A stretch of 64,000 bases of DNA from Octopus sinensis (Eukaryota), in contig NC_042998.1 of assembly GCF_006345805.1 (NCBI RefSeq), positions 11,470,001 to 11,534,000 of the forward strand, given 5' to 3'. Of this stretch, positions 10,735 to 24,020 are shown one piece after another (position 1 is the stretch's first letter; every line of letters starts with the position of its first letter). A program made the position numbers and the translations under genes. The notes below the pieces were generated by a model that searched no databases, was not told the origin of the DNA, and worked only from the letters and a program-made list of their open reading frames with translations.

Positions 10735-13545
10735 ACAGATTAGACAGCTGAAAAAATACTAACATTGGGATACAACAAGTAACCTTAGATGCCAAGAATC
10801 CTCCTAAGAACGCTGTTTCCTGGAACTGTACTAAACTGGTTTTATTCCTATTTCCTCTATCCAACTGTTCAGATCCTTGGGGTTACTTCCCAATGCACAT
10901 ATATAACATTTTACCGCATTTTCCTTGGTCTCTGTATGTAAGTCAATGGCGAGGTTCTGGTACTTTGCTATTTTTCTATATCTCTCATATTCATCTTTTC
11001 ATCATTAGGGACAGTAAGATCAATTATCTGGCACTTTTTCTTCTCTTTATCTACTACTAGTAAATCAGGCCTTCTAACTTCCATTACTCTGTCAGTTTGA
11101 ATGTTAAAGTCCCACAACATCTTGCATTTCTTACTTTCTAGAACTTTACTAGATTCATATCCATACCATTTATCAGTATGTTCGAATCCTAGCTATATAA
11201 CTCCCAGTGGATTACTCTCCCTAGACTGTCATATCTTTCTTGAATTCTTTCTGTGTCAGCATACTACATTCACTTACTATATGAGTAACGCTTTCCTCTT
11301 TTGATTTGCATAAGCTACATTGGAATCTACTTGGTTTTCGTCTGTTTTGGCCTTTATCCAATTAGTCCTTAATGCGTGATCTTGTGCAGTTACTAACAAA
11401 CTTTGTCTCCCTTTTCAGCCTTCCTTCCTGCTGACATAGTCATGTCTCACTACTACTATTTACTGCAACTATCTTTGGAAATCTGCCATGAAACGTCTTC
11501 TCCTGCCAGTCAGATAATTTCTGTTCTTTTTTACCTGGTTTTTAACTTCGTTTGTGTTTTTTGTTTCCATATGTCTTGTTGTTACTGTAGCAGATTTTTA
11601 TTCACCATTACCTATATAGGTTTCTATATATACATATATATATTCTAGCTAACTACACGCAGTCTTCCGCTGATATTAACCCTCTTCCGCCTTCTTCCTC
11701 GGTAAATATAATCGTGCCACCCCACCCTTGTGTGGAGTCCTCCATTCACATTGAATTCCTTCCTAGTTCTTCTCTCTAGTTCTGCTAATTCTGTTTTCGT
11801 CCAATCCACAATAGCTGCTGAGTATCTAAGTAATGATACTGCCCAAGTATTTACAGCCTTCACTAGATTCGGACCATTTAGCTTTGACTTCATTAGCTTC
11901 CTCATTCTTCTGATGTACTCCTCAATTTGCTTTTTCATTTCTATAGTTAGTACTCTGTCACATTCTAATATTTCTAAATACTTATAACTTTCTCCTGCTT
12001 CCAATGATTTTAATGTCTGGTCATCTAGTAGTTGGATGCCTTCGCTGTTGACTACCTGTCCCTTTCTCATGAGTCATATTGCACACCTATCTATGCCAAA
12101 TTCCATGCCTATACCTTTGCTGAAGAGTTTTACAGTCTGTATTAAGGAATCTATTTCTTTTTCATTCTCACTAAAAAGCTTCAGATCATCCATGTGGAGC
12201 AAATGGTTAATTTTTCCGTTAATATTTCTGGACTGATACCCTGTCTTTGCCTTATTAATACTAAACAGAGAGGGATCAAACATAAGACAAATATTAAAGG
12301 AGACAACGAGCCCCAGGAAAATTCCTCTTTTGATATTAACTTTCCCTAAAAGCGTGTCGCCTGAGTGGAAATCTACTTTCCATTTCTTCATGCTAAAGCT
12401 AATTAATTCTCTTACTGTGTCTGCTATACTGAATATACTCAAACATTCACTTATCCATGAGTGTGGGATTATGTCATAGGCTTTCTTATAGTCTATCCAT
12501 GTTATTGTTAGATTTTTCTTTCTAGCTTTTACTTCATTTAGAACTGCTTTGTCTGTATAATAGATCATGTGTTCCTCTAGCTTTCTTCCTGCAACTTTTC
12601 TGTTCTTCTGGCAGTAAATTCTGGTTGTCGAGATGCTCGTAAATGCTTTCTGAAAGCATACTTGTTAACAGCTTTCACACTAATGGTAAGCAAGGATTTG
12701 TTTATAGTTACTATCTGTATTACCTTTGCTCTTATCTTTCATAACGAGTATTGTCTTCCCTCTATTCACCCAATCTGGTATTATTCCTCCATTAAGACAA
12801 TCCTTAAGTTGTTTCCTCAGCCTCCCACGTAAGATACTCAATTTCTTTAGCTAGTACCCTTGAGCAAAATCTGGTCTGGGCCATCCAATTCGACATTTTC
12901 CTAACACTTTACTCATTAATGTTATAGTTAGTCTTAGATCTGGTTGCTTCTGACTCACTACATCTTCCCTCACTTTCTTTAACAATACTGCATCTCCATT
13001 ATGAGATTGGCTGGCTTTTCCCATATATTACTTCAGAACTTTCTAGCTTTTACTGCATTAGGTTTCTCATCTTCAGTACTTCGTTCTCCACTATTTATTT
13101 GGTTATAAAATCTCTGGTCAGCCTCAAATAATCTATTCTGTCGATACCTATCTATTCTTTTCTGATATCTGGGGAGCTTGTCTGCTACTTCTATGATACG
13201 CTGTTTCAACTCTTCTATTACTATCCCAGATCCTTTCTCTTTGACAAAGCATCTTTTCTCAAGAGATGATATAAATCTTGTGTTTCCTAACTTGTTCAGT
13301 TTCCAGGCTTCTATTTTGCTCAGATCTTATCTTAAAGTTTTCATTTTATTTTGCAATCTCCTTTTCCATATTTGTTTTTTTAAAATCTTTCCCTGTGAGA
13401 TATCTAATCTTCTTGTGACTACTACCCCACCTGCATAGTTCAATAAGTTAGTGCCTCTTATATTTTTAGTATCTATCCTACTGATAACAAAATCTATTTT
13501 CGTAGTCATTTCTGGAAGCTTCCTTCAGTTGGTGTCTTTTAATCC
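10735..13545 (-). mobile_element. R4/Dong-like non-LTR retrotransposon, decayed RT and REL region
   Basis: ORF pieces WIDYKKAYDIIPHSW, HLLHMDDLKLF, KSKLNGPNLVKAVNTWAVSLLRYSA; QETAFLG at the 3' end; many frameshifts. Confidence 0.88.
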
Positions 13546-13547
13546 TG

Positions 13548-14790
13548 GTAATCTTTTTCTTACTAAGAAAAAGGAGTGAAACCGCCCAGGTGTTGACAGC
13601 TTCGGTCTTATTCCGTCGATTTAATTTCGACTTAAGGATCAGTACTCCACCTTAAATTTTTCTGTCATTTCTTTCTCCATCAATTTATCCATTTCCAAAA
13701 TCTCCAAGTACTTATAGCCCGTCTCTTCTATCTGCTTCATAACCTCCCCGACGGTATCGTTAGCCCGTCCATACATTTGATTTTGCCTCTCTTCAATACT
13801 AACACACCACACTTTCTCAGTCCGAACGCCATTCTGATATCAGCACTGAAGGTATACAACGTATCAACGAGAGAACTGACTTGGGCTTCATCTTTGCCAT
13901 AAAGTTTGAGGTCATCTATGAATAACAAATGGTTGACTTTTTGTTGGCGGCTTTTGAATACATACCCAGCTTTTGCTTGCCTCAGAATGAGTGTTAGTGG
14001 TGTCAAGCACAGTACAAAGATCAGTGGGGACTGGCAGTCCCCTTGGAAGATGCCCCTCCTAATTTCTACTGTCCCTAAACTTCTTCCGTATGCTGTCAGG
14101 TCCGTCCTCCAATTCGCCATACTTTTTCCAAGCAATCGCTCAACATTCGATGCAATACCAAATAGGCTCATACACTCCATTATCCAAGAATGTAGGATCA
14201 TATCGTACTCCTTATGATAGTCGATCCATGACATAGCTAAGTTACTTTTCCTCCTCTTGCAGTCTCTGAGTGCAGTTTTGTCTATCAAGAGTTGATCCTT
14301 GGTACCTCTGCACTTACGCTTGCAACCCTTCTGCTCATGTGGCAGGACTCCATTTTTTCCAGATGTTCATGCATTGATTCTGCGAGTATTCCAGTCAATA
14401 ACTTCCACATAAGTGGCAAACAGGATATCGGCCTGTAATTGTCTACCGTATTGCCTTTTTCGATGTTTTTCAGGCACATCACAATTCTACCTAATGTCAA
14501 CCGCTCTAGTGTTACTTGGTCGACATTTAGCAAGGTGTTGAGTTGCGCAGCTATTCGTGCATGGCATTCACCAAATTTTTTGACCCAGTAGCCTTGAACT
14601 CCATCTGGTCCCGGGGCCTTCCAGCTGCTCATTTTATTTGCTGATTTCCTTCAATTCCACAACTGAAATAACTAGTTCTGCCTGTTTTGGACGGACTACT
14701 GTTTGTTTCAGTCCTTGCAACCATTCAGCATCCTTCTTGTGCTCCTTGTCTTTGCTCCAGATGTCACTCCAAAACCTTTGATTTGTTTTT
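13548..14790 (-). mobile_element. Second, divergent R4/Dong-like RT fragment
   Basis: [68 protein letters not shown]. Confidence 0.9.
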
Positions 14791-15336
14791 ATGTGTAGTA
14801 GCAGCAGTTGTTGCAGCAATAGCAAGAGCGGTAGGGGTGGAGTAGTGGTAAGGGTGGTAATTGGGCCTCAGATTTCTGTGCTATCATAATAGTAGTAGTT
14901 GTAGTATTATTGTAGTATTAGTAGTATTTAGTATCAGCAGCTGTAATATATTATTTTTATTTTTATTTTTTCATTGTCACCATCACTTGTTGGACAGCAG
15001 ATTGGTGAATAGATCATATTCTACAGGTCTATAAATAAATTCGGCAAATGGTGGAGAGGTCATCCATAGAGACAAAAGGATCTTCGCACCCTTTCGGTTC
15101 AGCAGGGGTCAAATGTGTTTACTACTACCAGTGGCCGTTGACAGCGCTGTCTTGAAAAGAAGCAATTCAACCTCTTCTAGTCCATCATTGCTTGGTTGGT
15201 TGTGTTATGGTTTCGTTTTTACAGTATTTACTTTTTGACAACGCTCATTGACATGTGTTGATGTTTCTTTCGTATTCACTATTATTATGGATGCGTAAGC
15301 GAGAGACCGAGAAGAGTCAGCAATGTGCATATATAT

Positions 15337-15491
15337 GAGTGGCTTTGTGGTAAGTAGCTTGCTTACCAACCACATGGTTCCCGGTTCAGTCTCACTGCGT
15401 GGCACTTTCGGCAAGTGTCTTCTACTATAGCCTCGGGCCGACCAAAGCCTTGTGAGTGGATTTGATAGACGGAAACTGAAAGAAGCCCGTC

Positions 15492-15573
<82 letters not shown>

Positions 15574-15758
15574 ATGTATATGTCTCTGTGCCTGTGTCTG
15601 TCCCCCAACATCACTTAGCAACCGATGCTGGTGTGTTTACGTCCCCGTCACTTAGCGGTTCGCCAGAGAGATCGATAGAATAAGTACTAAGCTTACAAAG
15701 AGTCCTGGGTTCGATTTGCTTGATTAAAGGCGGTGCTCCAGCATGGCCGCAGTCAAAT
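15337..15758 (+). mobile_element. SINE family A (tRNA head, CORE-like centre, internal microsatellite)
   Basis: A box tggct.tgtgg, B-box-like ggttcagtc, ggcaagtgtcttc, 3' cagcatggccgcagtcaaat. Confidence 0.9.
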
Positions 15759-15811
15759 TCCAAGCTTTGTGCCTATAATAGAAAAGATTATCATTCTTCT
15801 TCTTCTTCTTC

Positions 15812-15873
<62 letters not shown>

Positions 15874-16994
15874 CTAAGTAGACTTATGATCAAAGGCAAT
15901 ATGATCATGATCATCCCGTCTATTTTTATGAATATCTAATGTTATATTATCTAAGGTGCAATTTAAGAAACATTTTCGCAGGCAGCTATACTTAGCAAAT
16001 CAAGCGACTGCATAAAGGCTTCTTCGTCTACATTTTGGTATGAGATACTGCGCCTAGCTATCGTAATGTAGTTATTACGAAGAAGAAAAGGGAGGTACTA
16101 TCTGAATACGAGTGCGTTGAAATGACAGCTAAATCGAATGTGATTCATGTAGGGCTTCTCTGATGAAGTTGTCTGACAGGATTCTTTCAATTCAAGAAAT
16201 GAGAATTTCTAAAGACTTTCCATCGAAAGTTTGCTGATATCAAGCATAACATAAATCCAGCCAAAGTTAAGTAAAAATGAGAGAGCACTAATGTGTAACG
16301 TACAATATCTCACAAAAGTGAGCAAATTGTCTCGTAGATTTTAGGATGAATTTTTGTTGTGCGTTGTATGTGAGAAAATATTCTACGGCGGAGAGATCCA
16401 GTTACATGTTTACCAAACAAACTACGTTTAATAAAACAACATAAAACACCCACATATACGAAGAAATAGGAGCTCAAAACACTCTGCTGGGTTGTGCAGC
16501 ACCGACGATAAGATGCATTTGATTAGAGCACGACAGTAGTTCTTTCTACAGATGACCAGCTAGCGTCGCTCTCTTTCAGAGTCTACTTTGGTCGTTTGTG
16601 CTCTTGTGCCCACTTTAATCTCAAAAATACTTGACAGTGGAGAGAATAAAAGATGTATAGACAATCACACTGCATCCTATTCGACTAATTGCATGCCGGA
16701 AAGTGCGCTGTGTTCATCAAGAAGGTGGAGACATGGTATTTCTAGAACAATACATTTGTCGATCCCACTCATTCGTCCGAACGATGACTTAATCACCTGG
16801 TGAGAAGCCGAGAACAAAATCATGAAACCGAAACAAGCAGGATGTGAGCTATGAAAGTAAAAACAACATCAACAATAATTAGAACGTTATTTATGGTAAT
16901 GTAAAACATGAACCAATACAAAAAAGTATTCCAATTCAAAACTCGCCTAAGTGCAGCCCACATTTTACACCATACACATGCTATTCAATAATAC

Positions 16995-17182
16995 TTTCTG
17001 CAATAGGCATAAGGCCTGAAATTTGTGGGGAGGGGACTAGTTGATTACTGGTACTTAATTTATCGACTCCGAAAGGATGAAAGGCAAAGTCGACCTCAAC
17101 GGAATTTGAACTCAAAACTTAGCGACTGACGAAATACCGCTAAGCATTTCGTTCAGCTAACGATTCTGCCAGCTCGCCGCCT
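16995..17182 (-). mobile_element. SINE family B (tRNA-derived), variant tail
   Basis: Minus-strand ggcggcgagctggcagaa head, B box gagttcaaattcc, gtcgactttgcctttcatcc. Confidence 0.85.
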
Positions 17183-17529
17183 TTATGATGTTCAGTAATA
17201 ACATTTCCAAATTACATTCTATACACAAATTACAAAACATGTCGTCAATAACACAACTCACAGCACATAGGTAACATAGCTATATCACCCAACACGTTAC
17301 GCCTTCAAAAATACACAAAAATTAATATATGTTAAATATATGAATATATATACAGATGGGATGACTATGATTAGACAAAAATAACTCATGTTTCACGAAA
17401 TTTCAAAACTAGTATCAAAGAAGGCCATCAAATAACACTAAACAAACATTTAAAGGAATGGGTGTATCACATTATAATATTAATCTATAAAATAGGCTTT
17501 GAATTTTAAAAACTCTTCCATTCCTTCGT

Positions 17530-17940
17530 CTGTGCATTTTTGTCACCCACTATTCCTGAGAGAGGGCCCTATCAGAACCAACCGTCATTACACTTTCCTG
17601 CTGGATTCCCAAGTATGACCAACTGAGACTATGAATATTATCCAACCATCTCGTTTTTGGTCTACTCCTAGGTCTTCTGCAGGTTGGTTGGGCTTGAAGG
17701 ATCTGTATTGCGATCCTTTCCCTGCGACATTTTAACCACATGTCTGTAGTACTGGAACTGTGGATTCTCTATACGCAGAAATAACTGTTCGATCTGGACA
17801 TGTTCCATGAACTTCGAACTACGCATCCTGTCGAGTAACGTTATTCAAGTGATCCTTCGAGGAACTCCATTTCGATAGCTTGTATTCGCTCACAATCGTA
17901 CTATTCGGTCATTACATACTTTTTGCAACATTTGCCAGAC
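17530..17940 (-). mobile_element. RTE-type LINE 3' fragment
   Basis: RIQAIEMEFL and CRRPRSRPKTRWLDNI motifs, frameshifted. Confidence 0.7.
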
Positions 17941-18480
17941 CTCACATAGAATATTGCAGCCCACTGTGGTCTCTGAATACAATACAAAACAATGTCAAAA
18001 GTAAAGCACGCCAGAATTTAGTTACAAAATAATAAGTGGCATGACAGGCCATCATTGTTGGGATCACCTCAAAAAGCTCAAACTTTATTCCTTCCAACAC
18101 CACTGTGAACACTACATTACTTGCACAATGTAGAAAATGTTCCATTTAAACAGTCCAAATGAACCTGGTATCAAGTCTTAAAAATCACCCAAAGTTTCAC
18201 CCCAAAGCCATAAATCCGTGACAAAAATCGAGCTGACATCTTATAACAACATTGCAACACAGCTTTTTAGCATCCACTGATCTTGCCTTATCTAACGTTA
18301 ATCCGAGAGAAATCAAAGAAGAAGACTCCATAACATTCAAATCGTACTTGAACAAATTCCTCCAATCGCCTCTACTATGATGTCCGAAAACATGACTGAA
18401 ACAAATACGATATTGTTTATGCTATTTAAGGTAGACATGGCCTGGGCCAATAATGACCAAAACTTATATAAGCAATATAT
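17941..18480 (+). mobile_element. CR1-clade LINE 3' fragment (old)
   Basis: HIEYCSPLWS-like start; collinear with 47040-47715 including the shared 3' tagacatggcctgg.ccaat. Confidence 0.75.
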
Positions 18481-19489
18481 AAGTTATGTTAGGACTATAA
18501 GCACACATGCAAGCAAATAAGCGTATTCACTCAAATTCAGTACACCAACTGCTGTGTGTTTTTATCTGTGTACGTGCTTGTAATTATATACATATATGAG
18601 TGTGCATGTGTGTGTGTGTGTGTGACCAAACAAAAGGCCTTGCACTTTTCTCGTACTGCAGAAATGCAGAAGTCCTCATTTTCAATTTCTCTTATCACTA
18701 ATATTATGTAATCACTAATATTAAGTTAACTATATATATTTTTAAAACTAACCACTAATATATTGCTGTTTTGTGGTAAAAGAGTTTCTTCTTTTCATTT
18801 CGGTGGATCCTTTATGTCCATCAATAGTAAAGTTACAACTCTTTGTCAAAAGGTAAATATTTTTTAGGTGTTCTATTAAGTGAGATCCATAAAATAAGTA
18901 CCACACTGAAATATCAGATTTCAGAGATGAGTTGGTAGGATCAGTCGAAATACTTGAATGCAGTGCTCCAACATTGCCGCAGCTCATTAAATGAAATCAG
19001 TAAAATATTATGTGAGGGATAGAAACTTTTATGATACTCGGTTATATATGGAATATTCTGTAACAATTGTCAAGTGTTTTTACACAATAAATATATATAT
19101 TTCTATGGATACAGCACTGTCTCAAGTACTTCAGATCATTTATACATAAAAGTAAATGTATTCCAATCCATTGAAAGAATTAAGAACATACTTAAGTAGT
19201 ATAGAATAGTATATAAGGATATAAAGAAATATGTAGTTAAGTAGTACACCATATTATCGAAAGAATTACAGATATATGCCAAGTAGTTTAACTGAAAGTA
19301 ACACATAGCTTGCTAATTTAGCGGAGAAGCCGTTGCTGTTGTTGCTACCGCTGCTGTTGCTGCTGATGCTGCTGCTGGTACAGCTGCTGTCGTCGTCCTT
19401 TACGCCCAACTCTGTATAATATTGAAATAGTCTAAATCGAAGTTTTCAATACAGAGACGGAATTTATATGTCAGAGAAGACAAGGATCT

Positions 19490-19692
19490 GTGGTTAAAAA
19501 TCAGCTTTATAACCATATGGTTACCGGTTCACTCCCATTGCGTGGTACCTTAAGCAAATCTCTTGTAATGTAGCCTTGGACCGACTCAATTTCTTATGAG
19601 AGAACTTGGTACACGGAAACTGTGGGGAAGCTCGTCATACATATATATTGTGGTAAGTAGCTAGGCGTAGGAGTGGCTGTGTGGTAAGTAAA
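19490..19692 (+). mobile_element. Degenerate SINE family A 5' half plus two head fragments
   Basis: ggttcactcccattgcgtggtacc..., then gtggtaagtagc and aggagtggctgtgtggtaagta. Confidence 0.65.
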
Positions 19693-20007
19693 TTTGTTAT
19701 ATTTACTTTACATGGAATATTACGATCTTACGTTCACTTTCAAGTATTTCTTTGATTATCTCCCTTGAAAGCACGCTCATGGTTTCCACGTAAGTTACGG
19801 CGGCGTTGCTTTTTCCAACGTGCACCTAGGAATTCCTGACGGTGATCCAGTGACAAAAGTGTAGTAACGCAGATAACAGCTGGTAGCCATAGGTGGTGAA
19901 CGTGCTCTGCAGGCACACTACCAGAGGCTTATCCGAAACAAAGCTTGGATACTGAGTTTTAATGTCTCCCTTCTGAACCTTACTTTTTAATTTAACTTAT
20001 GTATATA

Positions 20008-20493
20008 TTACATGGAAAAATGCGAGCATGAAAAGTAATATTCTTAAGATTATAAACCTGGAAAAGTACAGGAAAAGTTATTACATCTGGAAAAGTATAG
20101 AACAAGCTATTACTTTAGTAAACTAAAGAATAAGAAACTTTTTACTTAAAATATTGCAGCAAAGAATACCAGTTCTTCTATTTTATCACTCTTTACAGTA
20201 CTCGGCTTTTAAATTTATTGTACAAACCTGTTCAGCTAATTTGTAAGTTTGTCTAATTAGTCATTTTTTCTATATTTGAAGTAGCAAATTAACCAAATTC
20301 TACTTAAATAAGTATAGTGCTATTTCTAAACTATAATAAAATAAGTTTTTATATTCAAATTTTAATTTTAGCTGCAATATTTTAAGTTTCTTATTTTGTC
20401 CTATACTTTTACAGGTGTAATAACTTGTCCTGTACTTTTCCAGGTTTATAATCTTAAGAATATGACTTTTCATGCTCGCATTTTTCCATGTAA
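20008..20493. repeat. Foldback: arms 20008-20160 and 20371-20493
   Basis: Reverse-complement match over >120 bp with one indel; ~210-bp spacer. Confidence 0.9.
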
Positions 20494-21302
20494 TCCATGA
20501 GTTTTCCAGGCATTGCTGTTATAAGATAATTAATAATGTGTCAATTAATAATTTAAGATTTTACCTTATAAAATACTGAAAGATAATATTTCAATTTTTC
20601 CATGTAAGTGATGATAATATTAAAATTCTTTTTTCGTGTTTAATTTAAATATACGTTGTGATTGAATTATTTGATATTACCGATCCACAACAAATTAATG
20701 GCAGGGATTTTTACCATGTTGTTGGTTGCACCATAGCTCACCAAAAGTTACAAACAACAAGACCCCAAAACCATCAGTTACCAGGTTCACCTTATTATTA
20801 TTATTAGTAGTATTATTATTTGTATAAACATCATCCAGCAAGTTATACACAGAACATTAGTGGCCGTTATGTTCACTGAGCATTGATCCGTTAATTTTCT
20901 GAATGTGCATTTGTAAATATGTCGATGAGGATTAATAAAATGTTTGGAAACTCAAACTTTAATGAGAACATGTTCTACACACGCAGTCTTCTTAACTCGT
21001 GAACAGCTTCAGGAGAATATATAACTAACCTCATCTCTAAAATTTGAATATTATCCAAACGACAGAAAGTTTCTTTCATTTTGGATAAATTTTCACGAAA
21101 TTTATTATAAGTTAAATCAACGTAACGTTTTATTACCCTCGCTATGAAGTTATTGTAATCCACTATATGTACATGTGTGTGTTTGTGCGTGTGCGTGTAC
21201 GCGTGTGCGGGCGCGTTTTTGTGTGCATGTGTGTGCATATGTGAGTACATACACATATGCACACATATATATATATATATACATAAATACATATTTATAT
21301 AT

Positions 21303-21473
21303 AGGAGTGGCTGTGTGGTAAGTAGCTTGCTCACCAACCACATGGTACCGGGTTCAGTTCCACTGCATGGCACCTTGGGCAAGTGTCTTCTACTATAGTC
21401 ACGGGCCGACCAAACCCTTGTGATTGGATTTGGCAGACGGAAACTGAAAGAAGCCCGTTGTATATGTATGTGC

Positions 21474-21512
<39 letters not shown>

Positions 21513-21740
21513 TGCATGTATGTATATGTTTGTGTCTGTGTTTGTCTCCCCAACATTGCTTGACAACCGATGCTGGTGTGTTTATGTCCCCGTAACTTAG
21601 CGGTTCGGCAGAAGGGTGGCCGATAGAATAAGTATAGGCTTACAAAGAGTAAGTCCTGGGGTCGATTTGTTTGACTAAAGGCGGTGCTCGAGCATGGCCG
21701 CTGTCAAATGACTGAAACAACGAATGAAAGAATAAAAGAA
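21303..21740 (+). mobile_element. SINE family A
   Basis: Full head-to-tail match to the other copies. Confidence 0.92.
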
Positions 21741-21775
21741 ATATACATACATACATACATACATACATACATACA

Positions 21776-21806
<31 letters not shown>

Positions 21807-22188
21807 TTATAAGATACCCACACATGTATTTATACATGTGTGGGTATCTTGTCTATGTGTAATTTTAAATGTTTTATTAATACTAAACAAAACGAAAAAC
21901 TAAAATTTGGCAGATGAAGTAAAATTTACAAAAAAATATTATGGAAACTTAAAGCAGCAGTAAAAAGTTTCTCTAAAGTTATGAATGTCTTATGCAAAAG
22001 ATTACAGGGATATTATACATGATCTTAAATAATTAAAAGACACCATGCTTTTACAACTAAAATAGCAATATATCTCTAATTGACTTAAAGATATAGAAAG
22101 AAAGTAGCATACCGCTAATAGCAATAGAAACGAACATTTCTAAGTAGTAGTATGAATAAAATGCACTGCTTCATATACAATAAGAAAT

Positions 22189-22559
22189 GAATTTTCCTCT
22201 TGTGTCAACAAATTTTCGTCGATTGAGTGACTACTTACGTATTAAAGAGCTGTTTTATCAGAGCTGACTAGAGCTATAGAGTTATACAATAACAATTCAA
22301 TTAGACAAAATATCAACATCAGATATCTCAAACTCATACGGATAGCAATCACCATATTAAAGATAAATGCTCATTTAGATGCAAAACCACATTTAGATGT
22401 AAAAAATATAACACTTTCTTTCGATAAAAGAGAAAAGAACACCGCTGTCAAAGATTAATCAACTTCTGGTTGGCAATGTTATGACTTATAAAAGAAATAA
22501 GGAAAATCGCTTTTGATGGTGCCCTAAAAGTAAAATTTGTTGACACAAGAGGAAAATTC
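22189..22559. repeat. 371-bp unit bounded by perfect 28-bp inverted repeats (MITE-like)
   Basis: gaattttcctcttgtgtcaacaaatttt at 22189-22216 and its exact reverse complement at 22532-22559; no TSD seen. Confidence 0.75.
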
Positions 22560-23287
22560 CAAGGGAATGTATTTCCTACACTCTCCTTTTATTTGATGGT
22601 GGTAATTGCCTTTAACCAACATTTTTGACAGAGTGAAAAACATTACATCATTGCTTATATGAGAGTTTTCAGAATATAAAATTCCCTTTGAGAAAAATAT
22701 GTCACTTTTGAAGGAAAAGTTCATAAACATCAGAATGATCTATAAATATTAGCTACAGATACGAGGAAATGAGAGTTTGTCTTAAGATACTTAACACTAA
22801 ACGAAATAGACAAAATATTGATTTCAAATTTTGGCACGAGGCCAACAATTTTGAGGGATGGGATTAGTCGACGACATCCTTATGTATCTCCTCCCATAAT
22901 TTTATCGTCATTTCAACCATGCAGTGACAGCTTTCTCTCAGTAAATTCCTTAGTCATATTAGTCGCCCTACTTGTAACCTACTTCCAGTTCTATCCACCT
23001 GAATATCCGGACAAAACTAACCCCAAGTACCTTAACCGAATCATCTGTCGAGCGACACACGCTGGATGGCTTGGAATTGCATCTCCAGACTTGACCTAGT
23101 TAATACAATCTCATATTCTTTCATTATGGAGATGGTGGCTTCGGTATATATGTTCGACATGTGTGCTTACTTACGTATGTATGTATGTATGTATGTATGT
23201 ATGTATGTATGTATGTATGTATGTAGTATGTATGTATGTATGTATGCATAAAAATGTACAAGATCTGTACACAACAAATGACATAGA

Positions 23288-23430
23288 GCGGTTCGGCAAA
23301 AGAGACCGATAGAATAAGTACTGGGCTTACAAAGAATAAGTCCCGGGGTCGATTTGCTCGACTAAAGGCGGTGCTCCAGCATGGCCGCAGTCAAATGACT
23401 GAAACAAATAAAAGAGTAAAAGAGTAAAAA
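23288..23430 (+). mobile_element. SINE family A, 3' portion
   Basis: gcggttcggcaaaagagaccgatag...gactgaaacaaataaaagagtaaaagag. Confidence 0.9.
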
Positions 23431-23439
23431 AGGGAACCA

Positions 23440-23900
23440 AATATTTAAAAAACAAATTTATTGCATTTACTTAAAATTTAATCAGACTTGTCTTCATCAA
23501 AATAGTTCCTTCTACTGTGAGTATATGGTTCCCAGCGTATTATTTCCAACTATGAGATAAGCCTTGCAATGTGTTTTCAGGAGCAGTGTGCAGTCTTTAT
23601 TGTGAATTTTCTTCTAGCTCTTCTATCGGTTCAAGTCATTGATCTTTCAAACTGAATTTCAATTTTAAGACGTAAATGACAGTGGAAAATTTGAAAAGTA
23701 AGCTGGTTATTTGATGTAATGCTTTGCACTGCCAAAACGTCTCGGATAAAAAAGATAAAATTATGTGGTGCAAGAGCCAGATTGTATTTCGTTAATTCTT
23801 CAGGCTGGTTCCATTGCAAACGCCTTGGATCATCCAAGTAAAACTGTTTGTTAATATTCTGATAGTTTGGAACAAACTTTTTCCTTACTGATCATGGCTC
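23440..23900 (-). mobile_element. Highly decayed mariner-like relic
   Basis: YNLALAPHNFIFF resembles the mariner YSPDLAPxDFFLF motif; weak otherwise. Confidence 0.35.
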
Positions 23901-24020
23901 ATTCGGTTCTTTATTTATTTGTTTGTCAGTAGACGCAGCATAAATTTTGGGGCTACGCGACGTTTTCTCGTCTTTCTTTTGAAATCGTGTTGCACGAATC
24001 TTTACAGATTTTTTTTTTTT

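Noticed and set aside
18790-18860. Possible exon ending caaaag|gtaaat
   Set aside because: Weak acceptor and no homologous peptide recognised
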